A stretch of 64,000 nucleotides of DNA, from contig JBHGNT010000016.1 of NCBI GenBank assembly GCA_043228905.1, positions 5,394,001 to 5,458,000 on the forward strand, given 5' to 3'. The notes under the pieces were generated by a model. That model worked only from the letters and a program-made list of their open reading frames with translations, was not told the origin of the DNA and did not search any database. The DNA is from Azolla caroliniana. Its lineage: Eukaryota > Plantae > Polypodiophyta. Each line of letters starts with the position of its first letter. Positions within the stretch are counted from its first letter, which is position 1. The translations under genes and the position numbers were made by a program. Shown one piece after another: positions 1-14,403 of the stretch.

Positions 1-1159
1 ATGTTAGGGCACCATCCAACTACAAAGGCATATGATTCTAACACGAGTTATATTGGATGAGCCTATGATATGTCGGATGTTAATAAGACTTTGTTGTTTT
101 TGTCTCAAACATGTATGCACATGTAGAAAAGTGGCAGACATTTAGAAAGAGGATTAATATTGTGGCCAATTTTGTATTGGATTATGTACGTACATAGACC
201 AAGAGATTTGCCCCCTAGGTTGTTGGTGGAGTGGCCTTTTAGATATGCTTGTAGCTTAGCCACCCTTCAAAGAATCCCCCCCCTTTTTTTTACTAAGTCA
301 GTTTGTAATAAAAATATTGTATGACATATGCAAGTTAGTGTGGATTGTGTCCCGCCATTGATACAGAGATATATTTAGGCCATTTAGAATTTGCGTCGAG
401 AACATTAGTAAAAGCCGAAACTAGTTCAGGTTTAGATTGTTGACTTGTCTAAATAATGATGTAGGTAAACTTTTGTGGTTAGTGATGAGTAATTTTAGCC
501 CACAGTCGCCATAAAACATTGAAGGTGATAAAAGAGAAGTCAGTCCCAAATATGGTTTGTACATGCGGCATCAAGATCAGAGTTCCTTGGTGTATTGTAC
601 TTATGCAAGGGGTGGGTGAGGGGAGTAAAAGTTGAGAAAGTTTTACCACACGTAAATTCAACATGGTTGTGTTGGCATGAAAGTCTGAGAGTGTATACGA
701 CATGTAGGTGTGTTGAGACAAAAAAAGAGAAAAGGAGTGTCTATATGGGGTGGGGAGTGTCTATCACTTTGTCGAGGAAAACATTCTTATGACAATGGTA
801 CAATGCATGGAGATGTGTCACATACATATGTACATGCGATACATTTCGCATCTTGTTGTGTCCCAAGTTATATAGCAAAATCACCTGATTATCCAGGGGG
901 GGTGTTTAGCTCGGTCACGTAAAAAAACGAAAAGAAGGCAACAAGACAAACAACAACATGCATCCCCCCCCCCCCAAACACAGTGGTAGTGGTCATGCCG
1001 ACAGTACGAAAACATGCATCCCACACCCCGAGGAGTGTCCAAAGGTAGGGTTCTGGGGAGATGTATAGTTATTAGTAAGTATGGGTAGGGGAGGGGCCAA
1101 GGATAAGCTTTAACCATCCAGTAGCATTAGCATGTAAAGAGTAGTAGCATAATGGGCAT

Positions 1160-1540
1160 GATGGCATCATCATCATCATTGTTATGCAAGTAGGTGCCAC
1201 ATGGTGGATGTATGCATACATACATATATAGATATAATCATATATATATTGATGCCATGATGTGTATCATCATCAACATTGTTATGCAAATAGGTTTGAC
1301 ATGGTGGATGTCTACATACATACATACCTATGTAGATGCATGCCATGATGTGCATAAGCATCATCATCATCATTATGGACTATACACATACATAAATGAT
1401 GCCATGATGTGCATAACCATCATCAGTGATCACTATTAATGGAGATAGGTTTCACATGGTGGATGTATGCATGCATCATATATACATATATGTATATATC
1501 ATGCATACATACATATTGATGCCATGATGTGCATGATATG
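1160..1540. repeat. Degenerate ~100-bp tandem repeat built from CAT/CATA microsatellite blocks
   Basis: Recurring blocks catcatcat...ttgttatgcaa.taggt...catggtggatgt...catacata...gatgccatgatgtg, 3-4 copies. Confidence 0.75.
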
Positions 1541-2717
1541 AAGCCAAAAATAAACAAAAGAGTTGCAGGGGGCCGGGTAAGGATTCTAAGAAAAGCAAAA
1601 CGCAAAATATGAACAGAAAAACAGCAGAAAGCAGAAAGCAGAAAGCAGAAAAAAGCAAGAAGCGCAGATAATTAGATTTGAGATCTTGTGTTCCATGGAA
1701 GTTAAAAAGGTAAGTGAATGGGATTGAAAACTGTAAAATTGAGCTCCCTAATTAATTCCGAGCCGTTAATCCCACCCCTTAATCACTCTGTCTGGTTTTG
1801 GGGCTTAAGCTTCCCTAATCAAGCCCACCCTCCCCCCGGCCGTACTGCTTGATCCGCACACTGTGCCGTACTGCCCTGTACCGTTAGTTATTTCTCTGCT
1901 CCTTATCTCGCTAATTAATCCATTCATTTGTTTCCTGTTATTTAATTGCCCCTTCTTTCTTCACTCCTCAAAACCTCCTTAAAAATCATCGTTAGGGTGT
2001 TTAATCCTCCTCCCTAATCATCGTTAGAGCTCTTAATCCCTCGCCCTAATCGTCATTAGATTGCCCCACCCACTACTTCTAATCACCATCACCGTGCTTC
2101 ATCCCTCTCCTCCCACGCTCTTCTTCCAATCATATCATTAGGCGGTTTCATCCCCTCTCCTAATCATCGTTAGGCTCCTTAATCCCTCCTCCTTATCATC
2201 ATTAGACAGCTTAATCCTTTTCGTCTTCTTCTTTTCCCACCTCCTCTTATCATCATCATCATCATCATCATTAATGTGGCTTAATCCCTTTCCTCTAATA
2301 ATCATTATTAAGATCGCTCAATCCCTTCTTCAAAATTTCGTATCAACCCTTGATTACTGATTCCTAGTCCAGCTAACAGTCTTTATCTGAGTCGACTCCA
2401 TCTCGCTTCCATTTCGTTTCGCAGACTTAAATCATTATTCAGAAGAAAATGGCCACCAAGCATCCTACCGTAATTACTGCTACTTACCCTAACGCTGGTA
2501 ATTGATTAATCCTTAGTTATGCATTGATTAGTAGGCTCCAATCAGTAAATGCGTCTCTAACAATGCGTTAGCGGCTGATAATCTTGGACTGTAAGAAGTA
2601 CTAATTAGATTTTCAATTACCCTGGTAATTGGTAATAGAAATAGTCTCCGAACAACATCGGTCCTGTGATTAAGCTAACAAGCTATCCTTAATCTTGCAG
2701 ATAATGAAGGATTAGCG

Positions 2718-5700
2718 ATGGCAGACACCGAAGATTTGTACGCTAGCCCGTCGTCTGAGCACATAATTAAGCACGCTAATCCTTATGCTCACGAGGGGAG
2801 GCCGATCGCTAATTACCTCACCAAGTCCAGGTCCGTGGCCTCTACCAAGGCAGATTTCCTAAACCTGCAGATGTCGGATTGCGCCATTAGCACAGATCAT
2901 GATCACCACAATTGCTACAGCCCGGCTTCTGTTAGCTCGCCTACGGCTGCAATCCGGTTAAGGCACAAAGCCTTGTTTAACTCCCCTAATCCTGACCCTA
3001 ATACCACCTCGAATGTTAATCCTCCCCGGAGTAGCTTCTCAGGTGTCTCTAATCTGAACCCTAATCTAATTCCTCGAACTAATTACAAGAATTACATCAC
3101 CACTCACTACGCTAATCAGGCGATTGTGGATCAATCAGATCGAATCATCATGATTAGCGCTAATCACAACGGTAGCACCAATGTGGTTAGATCTAATCAT
3201 AGCAGCTCTAATTCTACTACCACTAACTCTTCTTCTAATTCAAGCTCTAAGTGGGATGACGCAGAGCGATGGGTTCATAATCCGAGCCCTAATTCCAGAG
3301 CAAGAGACCAGTACATAGTCGGCAATTCTAATAACAATAGTAATGCTAATTATGGCCCGGTTATTATGAAGCTGAATCCCGCTAACCCCTCCGAGTCGTC
3401 GCTTAATCCGGGGCTTAATCCATCACTGATTGCATCCAACTGTGTGAAATTGACCAAGTTGAGCTCCGCGATTGAACAGATTAATAGTAATAAGAAGAAG
3501 AATCAGCCGCCGCAGCAGCAGCAATTAGCAGACTGCGATCAGAATCCAATATCGGTGCGGGGCAGCACGACGAACAACCGGACATTCTCCTCGATCAGGA
3601 AGGGAAATCACACGATTAGCCAGGAATTAGTGGCTAATTACATGGGCGGACAGGCTGATCAGATGCCCAAAATGCATGGTAACTAATAACCATCACAAAC
3701 AAAACAAAAAAGAAGGAATTAAATCGCTCCCAAAATGATTAAAATCGCCCCACCTCCTCCTCCCAAACAGAAAAGAAAAGAAAGGATTAAAATCGCACAC
3801 TCAATGATCAAAAACCACTCCGTGAAATCATGACCACATTTTTCTTTTTGTTTTTTGCTTTTTCCAATGTAATCTGTACTGAATTCAAGAAATCGTGCTT
3901 AAAGAAAGAGAAGAAGAAGAGAGATTTAGCACTTTCACTTACTAATCACTCACTGTAATTAATCTCTCTTAACACTTAATTATAATTTCTTTTTCTGTTT
4001 TTTTTTTTTTTTTTTTTTGCTGTTTTGATTGCTGAGAATGATGAGGTTTAATCCCCCAGATGTGTATGCGGATCGGGTAGTGGAGAAGAATCAGTACCAG
4101 AGCAGCAGCAATAATGAGAGGAAGGTACAGAGCCAGCAGCAGGTGGTGATGAGGATGGTGTCCAATCCGGAGATGAGGGACGCCTCCACGGACATATCGC
4201 CGCCGAAATGGGCGGTCCCGGCGCCGGCGGTGGCCAGGCGGGACATGGGCACCCAGATCACGCCCATCGCCAGCTGCGGCGGCTCCCCCGCCCATCGCCA
4301 CCTGCAGCTGCCGGTGGCCGGGAGCCACACGCCGCCCAAACTACCCGCCGCCGCCGATCTGTCTCCGTACGCCGCCTCCTCCTCCCTCAGAAATGACGCC
4401 CCTCAGATGGCCGCCGCCATGTCCGGCCACGAAGCCCCCCCTCGCCTGCCCAAATCGCCGCCACGCCACAACACCCCCGCTCCTGTCCATGACCATGACC
4501 ATGACCATGTCCATGACCATGACCACATCCATGGCCATGCCCATATCCTTGACCATGACCACTTCCTTGACCACACCGCCGACTGTAACCCCCATCGCCA
4601 TCGCCACCATACTCAGAAAGCTTCACATCATCGCCATGGCCATGATGAAGATCAGGATCGCCATCATCACCACCACCATCATGATCAGGATCAGGATCAT
4701 CAGCAGGAACAACCGAACCACAAGAATCAGAACCACAGTAATAAGATGAATTGCAGCTTCGGCGGCGGCTCCGATCATCTCCCTGCTGGCGCCGCCGCCC
4801 CTACCACCACTTATGGAGCTAACTTGACTGCCCTGCTCAGCCGAGTGCTGTCCATCAATGGCAGCCATATGAAGTCGAACTGCATGAGCAGCAACACATT
4901 GCCTGCAGACTACGCCATGGCCGCCTCTACTACATCTCCTCCTCCTCGTCATCATCATCGTCACGACGGCCATGGCCGCCCCCATGACCCCAAGCAGTCC
5001 TTTAATTCCCCAGGCAATGACCGCCCTTTAGCTAGCGCTCATCCCGTGAAGCTGCTCATGAATGCTAATATAAAACCAGTGCAGCTCAACCTCATCTCCA
5101 AGTATGTATGGTAACATTTATGTTGAATTTATTTGTTTTGTGTGCGCAAAAAAAATCATTTGCAAGAATGCCAGTCATATAATGGATTAATGAATGGAAT
5201 TGATGGGGGATGCTCAGGATGGAGCGAGAGGAGGCACGGATCGATGCATGGGAGCATCGGCAGACAATGAAAGCCGAGGCTGAGTTGAAGAAGCTAGAGG
5301 TGATTCATTATGTCAAATTTATATGCTACATTTAGGCTTTCATTCATTCATTCATCAATTGGTCGATTGATTAGTAGATTCCCCAAAATTTCATAATTCA
5401 ATAGATTATTACGATTTATGTTCCGATTGGAAAGTTTTTGGTGGTGCTGGATCGAAACAACTGAATTTGAGATCAATACGATTCATACATTTCGCGATTT
5501 GATAGATTATTACAATTTATGTTCCGATTCGAAAGTTTTGGGTGGTGGTGGTTGAACAAAATAACCGAATTCGAGAGCAATGTGATTAATACATTTCATG
5601 ATGCCATTAATCGTGTATGTACGTATGTAATGAATTGGGAATGGATATAATGTATGTAGATGAAGCTGGATCGGATGAAGAATGAAGGGAGGGAGAAGAT

Positions 5701-6052
5701 AAGGTGCAAGCTGGCGGCGGCACGTCTTCGGGCGGATGAGATGAGGGCGGCGGCACGTGTGCAACGGGCGGCTAAAGCCATCGTCTCGAATCCCAACCAC
5801 ACATCATCAACAACAACAAAAACCTGTCCCAATCCGGCCGCCTCTGCACCTCCGGCCGAGATCAATCACCCGAGAGGGCCGCCATTGGAGGATGATGATG
5901 ACCACCTCTCCATGGCGATCGATCCACCAGCCCCGCCCCCGCCCCCGGGCCCGGCCGGACTCATTAACCCCACCCCGAAATCGAAGCTCCTCTTTAGAAC
6001 CGCCTACTTGGCCGAATCCCTCCACCGTGTTTGCTTCCCAATATTGCCGTAG
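2718..6052 (+). CDS. Remorin family protein (group 6-like, long disordered N-terminus), about 825 aa, 4 exons: 2718-3678, 4060-5101, 5218-5299, 5660-6052
   Basis: GT-AG junctions are phase-consistent (total 2478 nt). Motifs: SKWDDAERWV, RRDMGTQITPIAS, SPPRHNTPA (group-6 remorin N-terminal motifs); C-terminal coiled coil K|MEREEARIDAWEHRQTMKAEAELKKLE|MKLDRMK...KLAAARLRADEMRAAA; terminal Cys-containing hydrophobic tail (RVCFPILP). Confidence 0.88.
5402..5600. repeat. ~100-bp direct duplication inside remorin intron 3
   Basis: tagattatt..caatttatgttccgatt.gaaagtttt.ggtggt..tgg..gaa.aa occurs at ~5402 and ~5503. Confidence 0.75.
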
Positions 6053-9000
6053 CCCCCACCGCCAATTCGACGAGATGGTGAGTGTCAAGCAATCCCCTCT
6101 TCTATACCTCCCATTTCCCTTCAATCACTTGTCACTGCCATTGGATCATACTGCTTACAATTCTTTAAAGGCCACCCTTTGTCTTAAATGGGATCCATGA
6201 TAATCGTAGTCCTTTTTTTAGATCGAGACGGCGAGATGGTCTGCCATCCGGTCGGTTCGGTTCGGTTCGGTTCGGGGCAGGTGGTTGTCATTGCTCGCAA
6301 ACCATAATCATCGAGTTTCTCCCCGGCTTTGTCATGGTCCGGCCAATAAAATTTGCTTTACGATCATATTTTCCCGACCATTTGATTCGGACACAATGTG
6401 CAAGGTTGATTTGTCATGGATCCGAGGTTTTCTTCGTTTCGGGGCATTGTGTGTTAGTTGTGTACTCCAATTACCCCATGTTATTGATATAGGCATCCAT
6501 GGGACACAAAAAGTGCCCCATCTTAGAATGGCCTTAGAATCAATCATAAGATGGCCTAGGGAAGGCTCGCGGATATCTAAGCTCTGTTTCAGAACCCAAA
6601 TGTCCAACTTGTGTGAACATCTTGTGTGAATATGATCATGTCTCTGGGGCTCTATATATATAAGCTGAGAAAACTATCCGATCCTTTTAGAGACCTCGTA
6701 GTTCGTCGAAGCATGGGAGGCAACCAATGATGCAAGGTGATGGTCGGCACCGGATCATTCCTATTATGCCAATGAATGAAAACTCGCTAGTGATCATGGC
6801 AAATTTATGAATGTCAACCTGGCAATCTTAATTAGCCCCCCAATTGTAATTCAAATTGTCATACACCAATCTTTAGATTCATGTTATGTATATTTTTTAT
6901 GTTTACATGTTAATTCATTGGTAACTACACTTACAAACAACATCTTTATATATCAATAGACTACTACCAAATGTAAACACGCCCTTAGATACTCCACCTC
7001 TTCGTCATTAGGCCCATATAGCCATGTATTTCTTTTGCACATGATCTTGTATGAGAATTACTAGTGAGTGGTTAAATTTTATTTTTTGAATAGACATGAA
7101 AACCAACAACAAGGTAATGTGCAACCTCGATCTTCAGAACTAGGCCTCCAGTTGTATGTGTGTATCACTCAATACAACTCATAAGCAAATAATGCAATGT
7201 ATGTAGTGGGTCTTGTCCAACTTGATATTATTATATGGATTCTTAGGAACCTTGTGGGTGACACATGTTCCTAGATGTCCAAAAGTGGTGTGGATGTCTT
7301 AAGTTTTTAGCTTACAAAGTTACATGCTCAAAAGTTGGAGCTTGGACATCAACATGCTTAGAAACATTTGCATGAAGAATGTACCAACTATTGAAGAAGA
7401 ATTTAAAAGTTCATCATTAGAAGGAGGTCTATGATACATTTAATGAGATAAGTAGTTTGAGAAACAAAGACGGATGACAGCATAGGATAGGTGGAGGACT
7501 CAAATTTATATCGAGCTTTGGCCTTTCGAAATGCTAGACGCTCAGTATGGTTCGGGTAGTAAACCATAATCATTTTCAAACGTTTGCTTTTTCTTTTTCA
7601 GCATCATTTTTGAGCCTTTGTATCTTGCTATTATTACGCCATGTTTAGGTACAATGCCATGTAAAGTGATTTAGGATTTCTTTTCATAATGCCATGAATA
7701 GAGATGAGCTTGATGAAGGCCATGCCATGTCTTCACAATAAAAATCTGAGGTTGGTTGATTAGTATTGTATAATCTCATGTGTGTGAATACGATTCCAAT
7801 GTTCTAGTTCTTGACAATATAACAATATCTTTCACCAACCTTGATCCTTGAAGGTATGTGATGGGTGTTAACACTATTATAGTCAACCATTTGCTGTCGG
7901 GAAAAAACAATACAATAAAAATGGGTTTCCACATGGGATGTCAGCCCAAGCTTGAAGAAAACACAAGTTTGTCCTTACGAAAGGACCACAATATCCATGG
8001 GAACCATTGATACATTTACGTTTACATCTTCCATGTGCAATGCCTCTTTCTTCTTCACTTTTCCCGAAGAGTTATTTCCTCTTTAATAATCTGTTGTGCA
8101 AACAAGAAAGATGGTTTCGTCATGATGTATAGATTTTTGGATTAAGGGATGCAAAGAGAGACCCTTCGCCTTTTAAAAGAGAGGATTTTTTTTAAAAAGG
8201 GCCATTGCTATTGGTATTCAATCTAGGATGGACCAAGGCACCAGCTATTACAAATTATTTGTACTAAAAGGCATTGGTGCATGCCTTCAAAGGTTGCATG
8301 TTTCTCCAAATCTCTCCTAACTTTACGGATGTCAAACTTTAGTAATGAACATTCACTACAAAAATATTGAAATCAAAAGTTATATTTTCCATTGTAAACC
8401 ATTTTTGAGTTTTAATACATGTTACCAATTAGATATGATTTAAATGCATGTTACTTATTAATTACTCATATTTTCATGTGATGTTATAGCTAAAGTGAGA
8501 ATACTAAAAAGATGATGAATGTGAATGAATTTCAATCATGAATTTCCATTTTATGCTGCCCAGGGAATTTCTTCTAACAAGCAAGTTGTAGCCGACCTCC
8601 TTCAATTAACAATGAAGGTTTCATCCGTGAAGGTAGTAGTAAGTACACATCCACATTGATACACCCATAGCCATGGACGACAATATCCGTGACACCAAAG
8701 CTTCAAATTAAGCCGTGTTTACTTAGGGATGACCACCAAACAATTTTGTATTAAAGGACTTTTATGATAACATAATAGAACTCTTCATACTACTAAAGGA
8801 CTTGCATTTGAAATAGAATACTAGGAAAACATATCAAACCTTCTTCCACTTGTTTATGTACATATTGAAGCTTCCTATGTTACTAGATAAGCATTGATCA
8901 CAATACAAATGATTGTAAACACATAGTTAATCACTTTAAAAGTCAAGCATCAATTGCATTATTACTCTTATATAATTTGTATTTGCATAATCGATTAATG

Positions 9001-9228
9001 ATTTATTATTAACAACTCATAAGGATACACATACCATGCAATTCACACATGTAATTTAAGAAAATGGAATGTGTTAGAAGTCACCCTTCCGTTGAACACG
9101 AAGCATATTTAGTCTCTCTAGTTTTTAATAAATTAAACAATAAAACTTGAGTTGGACATGGCATTGGGCTGATCCGTAGGTATGTCCTTGTTTATATTAA
9201 GCATGACTTCAATTGGAAACAATGAGTA

Positions 9229-9345
9229 GTTTTGTTTTAAAAGCCCTTCAATTTTGGTGCAAAATGGAAAAGTTTTAAAAGCCCTTCGTTTACCACAATT
9301 TGTTCTATAAGTTTTGTTTTAAAAGCCCTTCAAGTGGGTGCAAAA
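9229..9345. repeat. Short direct repeats (gttttaaaagcccttc x3)
   Basis: Motif seen at ~9234, ~9272 and ~9316. Confidence 0.7.
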
Positions 9346-11864
9346 GGGAAAACAAAAACCCAAACACTCATTGATTCTCATTATTTCCACAAATACCCTT
9401 GGTTTACCACAATGCCCTCGTCAATATGCCACTTATTTTTACTTTATTAAAAAATTATACGGTTATGGGAGTTCAATTAATTGGAACGGAAGGGTATGAT
9501 GGGCATGCGCATGTGAAAGATGTCTGACACAATGGAGGTGTCACGGCATGGTCACATGTGTAGCTCATGGACAGATAACAACATGCATCCATCATGGAAG
9601 GATAAAAACACTCTTTTAAAGCTTACCGACATGAATTCATGAAAATCTCGTCTTCATGTGTAAAAATGATCCATTGACTCGAGAAGTTCACTTACCACTT
9701 GGTTACCAAACTAATGCGCCCTTGTCTTATTTCTTGTCGAGACTTTAGTACAATTCGCCAATGCCACCAATGACAAATTACGCATATGTCAATGCTTTAA
9801 TAGAAGCTTTCAATTGCCAAAACCAAGTTAACTTTAACTAGGATTAAATGGCCTAACATGACATACTAACCACAACCTAATCCCTTCGTTAAACTATAAT
9901 CTATGACGCATTACTATATCCAGAAAACTGATGGCAACCTTCAGCCTTTCTTTTTGTTGTGTCCCAGCTAAACATTAAATGTATCCCTCTACATTGTAAT
10001 GCAGTTATTGATGTTTATACATATTATTGCAAAGATCTTATCTTTTAAGACGCTTATGACTTCAATTTCCAACCAATGTTTGTCTTCTGTAGATAGCTTA
10101 TCCTTTTAATAATCTCAAAAGCTTTGATTTGCAAAAAATGTTTGTATTAAATCATACTCAATATTTGTTTCTCTTAAATAGCTACGTATATTCCATTGCT
10201 GAAAGAGTTAATACTAGTGGTGATCAAATTAGGAAGCCTTGGGGTTAACATTTTTCCTCGCACAAACAAAATTAGAACCATGTGCTGAAATTCCACCAAC
10301 AACAAAAAACAAGATTTCTTCACACCCTATAAGCATGTTTGTAGCCCATATATATATATATAATGGAATATGACTTGTTTCATAGATTTCTTAGCATGGC
10401 CACTTATTATGTATGACTATAACCTACTTCCACAAAGAAAACATCGACCCCTAAACTCATTCTTGAGATGTTTAAGCATTACCTAATCCTAATCCACGTG
10501 CACAATAGTGTCATACTAGCATAACTAGACTTCCAAGTTCCTAATAACAACTTTACAATTAATTAACCCTAAGAAAATAAGTGAAGCTTATACCAAACTT
10601 ATCACTCAAAAGATCATTGAACCAACAAGCTACCCTAATAGATTGCATGTACAAAAGGGGAATATGGGATGCATCAACCTCCAAACCATCTAGTATAGGA
10701 CATTCTCCCTATGTACAGGCATATGTGTGGCATCCACGGATTTGGGACACTAAGGACACACCCTACACTCATTTAAGGCCTCATAAACCATACATTGACC
10801 CCTATTTTTTCTCAAACATGTGATTTGAGTGTTAGCATATGTTGGCATTGCATCCATGGTCGAGTCATATTTGTGCATCTTAACTAATTGTCTTCGTCTG
10901 AGAACAAAGGGTAAGATTCCATTTTCATGAGTGAAGTCTAAGAGGTGTTTTGTTTATGCATTAGATTGTATATCAATCAGCAATCATATTAATTGTTTAT
11001 GATAAAAAATGCACTTATTGCGCATAATTTGATTGTTGCATCACTAATAAGATAAAGTAACGCTCAAAACAAAACATAGTCAAGTTATGTTATAACTTAT
11101 AAGTTATAACAAAGTTATCACTCATATAGGTGTCATATTTAATCATATTGATCATTCATTGATTGTAAGTAAACGACTCATTATGCTCATGAGAAGATAA
11201 TCTTTAAGTTTAAAGATATTACTACAGTTAAAACCTATCCACAAGTAATCTTCATCTATTAAGTGACAAGTCTAATATTTTTAGTTAGATTAAAGTAATT
11301 GAGGAGTACCCTCCAAACTTCAAAGTGTCACTGAAATGCTTTTTGGAGGGAAAACTTATTGGTTGCAGATTTATGTACCTTCGCTCTTAATAAGGTACTC
11401 ATAGGCAGTTAATTGTGTAAGTAACAATCATTTTTAAGACATATCTCCATTAAGGCATGCATTTCTTCATAACATTAAATATAATAGTAAACTAGTACAC
11501 CAACATTTATTGGAGTAGGTTGGGCAAAGCAAATCGTAGAGAGAATGAACGTCACATACATCCCCTTCAGTAAGGCAAAAATTGTCAAAAGGCTATATGT
11601 ATGCGTGAAACAGTCGTAAAATCTTTGACACTATGGTATCCCGTTACTATTTCATTGCCCGTGTTTGTTTCATTGCACAAAATAACTTTAGTTTTTCGTA
11701 GCTACAATTTGGGAGCTTAATGAGTTTCAAAAAGAGGCACTTATACCACAATGAGTTATAACTTATAGCATTCCAATTGATCATTATTGTTTTCCTTTCT
11801 AGATGAGGCGCACACATTTTTTTAATCCAATTGAACACCTTGTAACATGTCTTCTATGTTTGTA

Positions 11865-12063
11865 TATATATATATATATATATGAATTTCATATTTTTAA
11901 GGCTCAAGAATAATTAAATCAATCACTGAACAATCTCCTTTCTACTCAATACCGCATCGACTTTATATATATATATATCTGAACTTCATATTTTTAAGGT
12001 TCAAGAATGAATCAAATCAATCACTTGAACAATCTCCTTTCTACTCAATAGGCCATCGACTTT
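11865..12063. repeat. Tandem duplication (~100 bp) anchored on a (TA)n tract
   Basis: (ta)n.tgaa.ttcatatttttaagg.tcaagaat...aatcaatcact.gaacaatctcctttctactcaata..catcgacttta occurs twice. Confidence 0.85.
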
Positions 12064-13433
12064 AGTGTGTTTTCTTGGGCTGAAGTAAAATTGTGAAACT
12101 AAAGATGAACTTGTTATACATCTTAGTATAGTTTGCCACGGGGTAGTTAGAATATGTGTTCATAGAGATGCCATATGTGTTTATCCACAAAGGTTGTGGG
12201 TCAATGTAGGAGTGACGTCACATAGCGTGGGAAAGAACAAAAAGTAATTGCACAGTCAAGTAGGATGTCATTTAATTGAATAAGTTGGGAATTTCAAGGA
12301 CAATTCATCGTCAAGCACGTTATGTAGGATGCGTGCACAAATAGTTAGAGAAGTAAATGCATGAAATGGTGGTACGAAAGTATTAGTTTTTGACTCTTGT
12401 TTATGGTGTTGTGTTATTGCGTATTTTATTAATGGCTTTTAATTCATTCTAAGATGTGTAGTTTTAGGAGTTACAAACTTTGCATAGAATGAGCTTGCTC
12501 CAATAAGGAATTATATCATAATGTGTTTTATGCAATTGCAAAAAGGAGTCACAATCATTGGCTCCACGCAACAATAAATCAAACCATTATTGGTCATGTT
12601 AGTATTTCCAAATATGGGTTGCATAATGTGTTGTATGCTATAGATTGAGTCATTAGATCACAACATGTCTTCTCACTTAATGGGAATTAGGGGGGAAAGG
12701 ATGCATAAGTCAACCGTGGGAACAATTTGTTGTGGCGTTCTCAATGTCTGTATGGGGTTTACCCTAATTTTATATTGCAATTAGGATTAATAGACAATGG
12801 AACTCCAACAATTATATTTGTAAGACTACGGATGTAGGATTGCATATACATGACATGAGAAACCTAAATGCCTAGAGGTCTATGGCGCAAGCTTTCACAC
12901 CATTTTAAAACACAATAGAAATGTTTGACCCTGACATTCAAACTTGACAATATTTGTGTCACATTTCCACACGAACTATGATGTATTGCAAATTGCATAT
13001 ATAGAAAGCTCATATCCCAAAAGCTTGGGGCTCAATTCTGTCCACCTCACCATTGCGCAATTTCACTAAATTTAAAACATCTTTTGGGATTTAAATCGTT
13101 TTATGTCAATCAACAAGGATATGCTTCCATAACAAAATTGTCTAAGTCTACATACCTCGAGTACTTGGGCTTCAACTAATGCACCATGTTGGCATTTGGT
13201 TTTAGTACACATGCCTCTTGGAGCCATAGTAGATAACTTAATACCACACACGAAGTCGATGCCAAGATCACGTTTACTTAGAGACAATTGAGACTCTAGT
13301 ACACATGCCTCTTTGGGAGCCACGATAAGAAACTTAATACCACACAAGAAGTCTACACCAAATGTATGTTTACTCATCGACATTTGAGAAGGTTAATGAC
13401 TTCGTGGAAAGCACACACAACATTTGTTTCGAT

Positions 13434-13485
<52 letters not shown>

Positions 13486-14097
13486 ATATGATAGATAGCT
13501 CAAGTACGAAATTAAATCTAGTAACCCATTGCAATTTGAAAGACATTGTATATAAAGTTGCAGCAATCACAACTATCATGCACATGGCATGTTAAAAACT
13601 CTTCTACTGTTTGCAAAATGCCATGTGCATGATAGAGGTGTCGTGATTTACGAACGGGGGAAGGTGAATCGGTAAAGTTCCAACAAATGGTCGCAGAACC
13701 TCACGTCTGATGAAAAGGAAACCTGATGGAGACCAACACCACCTGTTCCAACACTAACACCAACCCTAACACTTGATTGGGGGTGGGGAGGTTTTCGCAT
13801 GTCATGGAAACTACTACCCCACATGCGGCACGCACGTAGGAACGAAACATGTCATGGAGATTTGAGTACCTCTTGCTACTTTGACATTAAATGCATGCTA
13901 TTAAACATGATGGAAATCTTTGGTTTCACATTAGAGAGAGATAGAGAGAAAGAGAGGGATGGATGGAGGAGTGGGGGGTCAACAAAATGAAGGTAAAACC
14001 AAAAAACAATGTGTCCTAGAGAAGAAAACAAGAAAATAGTAGAACCATATTTATGTATTTCACTGAAGTAAATTTTACAAAGGACAAGAGGAGATGG

Positions 14098-14134
<37 letters not shown>

Positions 14135-14173
14135 ATGAGCTGAGCTGGCTCCTCTGTTTTTCTCAAGAGTGGT

Positions 14174-14231
14174 GGGCTATGGCTATGGCTAGGGCTATGG
14201 CTATGGCTATGGCTAGGGCTATGGCTATGGC
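14174..14231. repeat. (GGCTAT/GGCTAG)n hexamer microsatellite upstream of the membrane-protein gene
   Basis: Read directly from sequence. Confidence 0.85.
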
Positions 14232-14403
14232 TTGATTTGAGCTTGGTCTTGAGAAAACCAAAATGTGGGTTTTCTTCAGAGGGATGAAAAACATTGTGGG
14301 CTCTCATTTCCAGCCATGAATATTGCTGTTGTCTGAGCTTCTTGGCCTGAAAGAAGAAGAAGAAGAAGAAGAAGAAGAAGAAGAAGAAGAGGAAACAGAG
14401 GAT

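Noticed and set aside
3969-4985. Several overlapping antisense and alternate-frame ORFs
   Set aside because: They are shadows of the GC-rich remorin exon 2.
6600-13400. Hidden genes in long AT-rich intergenic stretches (also 15400-19200, 38300-40900, 48400-54100)
   Set aside because: No recognisable domains or consistent exon chains. These are probably old TE debris that I cannot classify by eye.
14323-14403. N-terminal poly-Glu extension of the membrane protein
   Set aside because: It starts at TTG and the nearby ATG (14316) is out of frame. It is more likely a (GAA)n tract in the 5' UTR.
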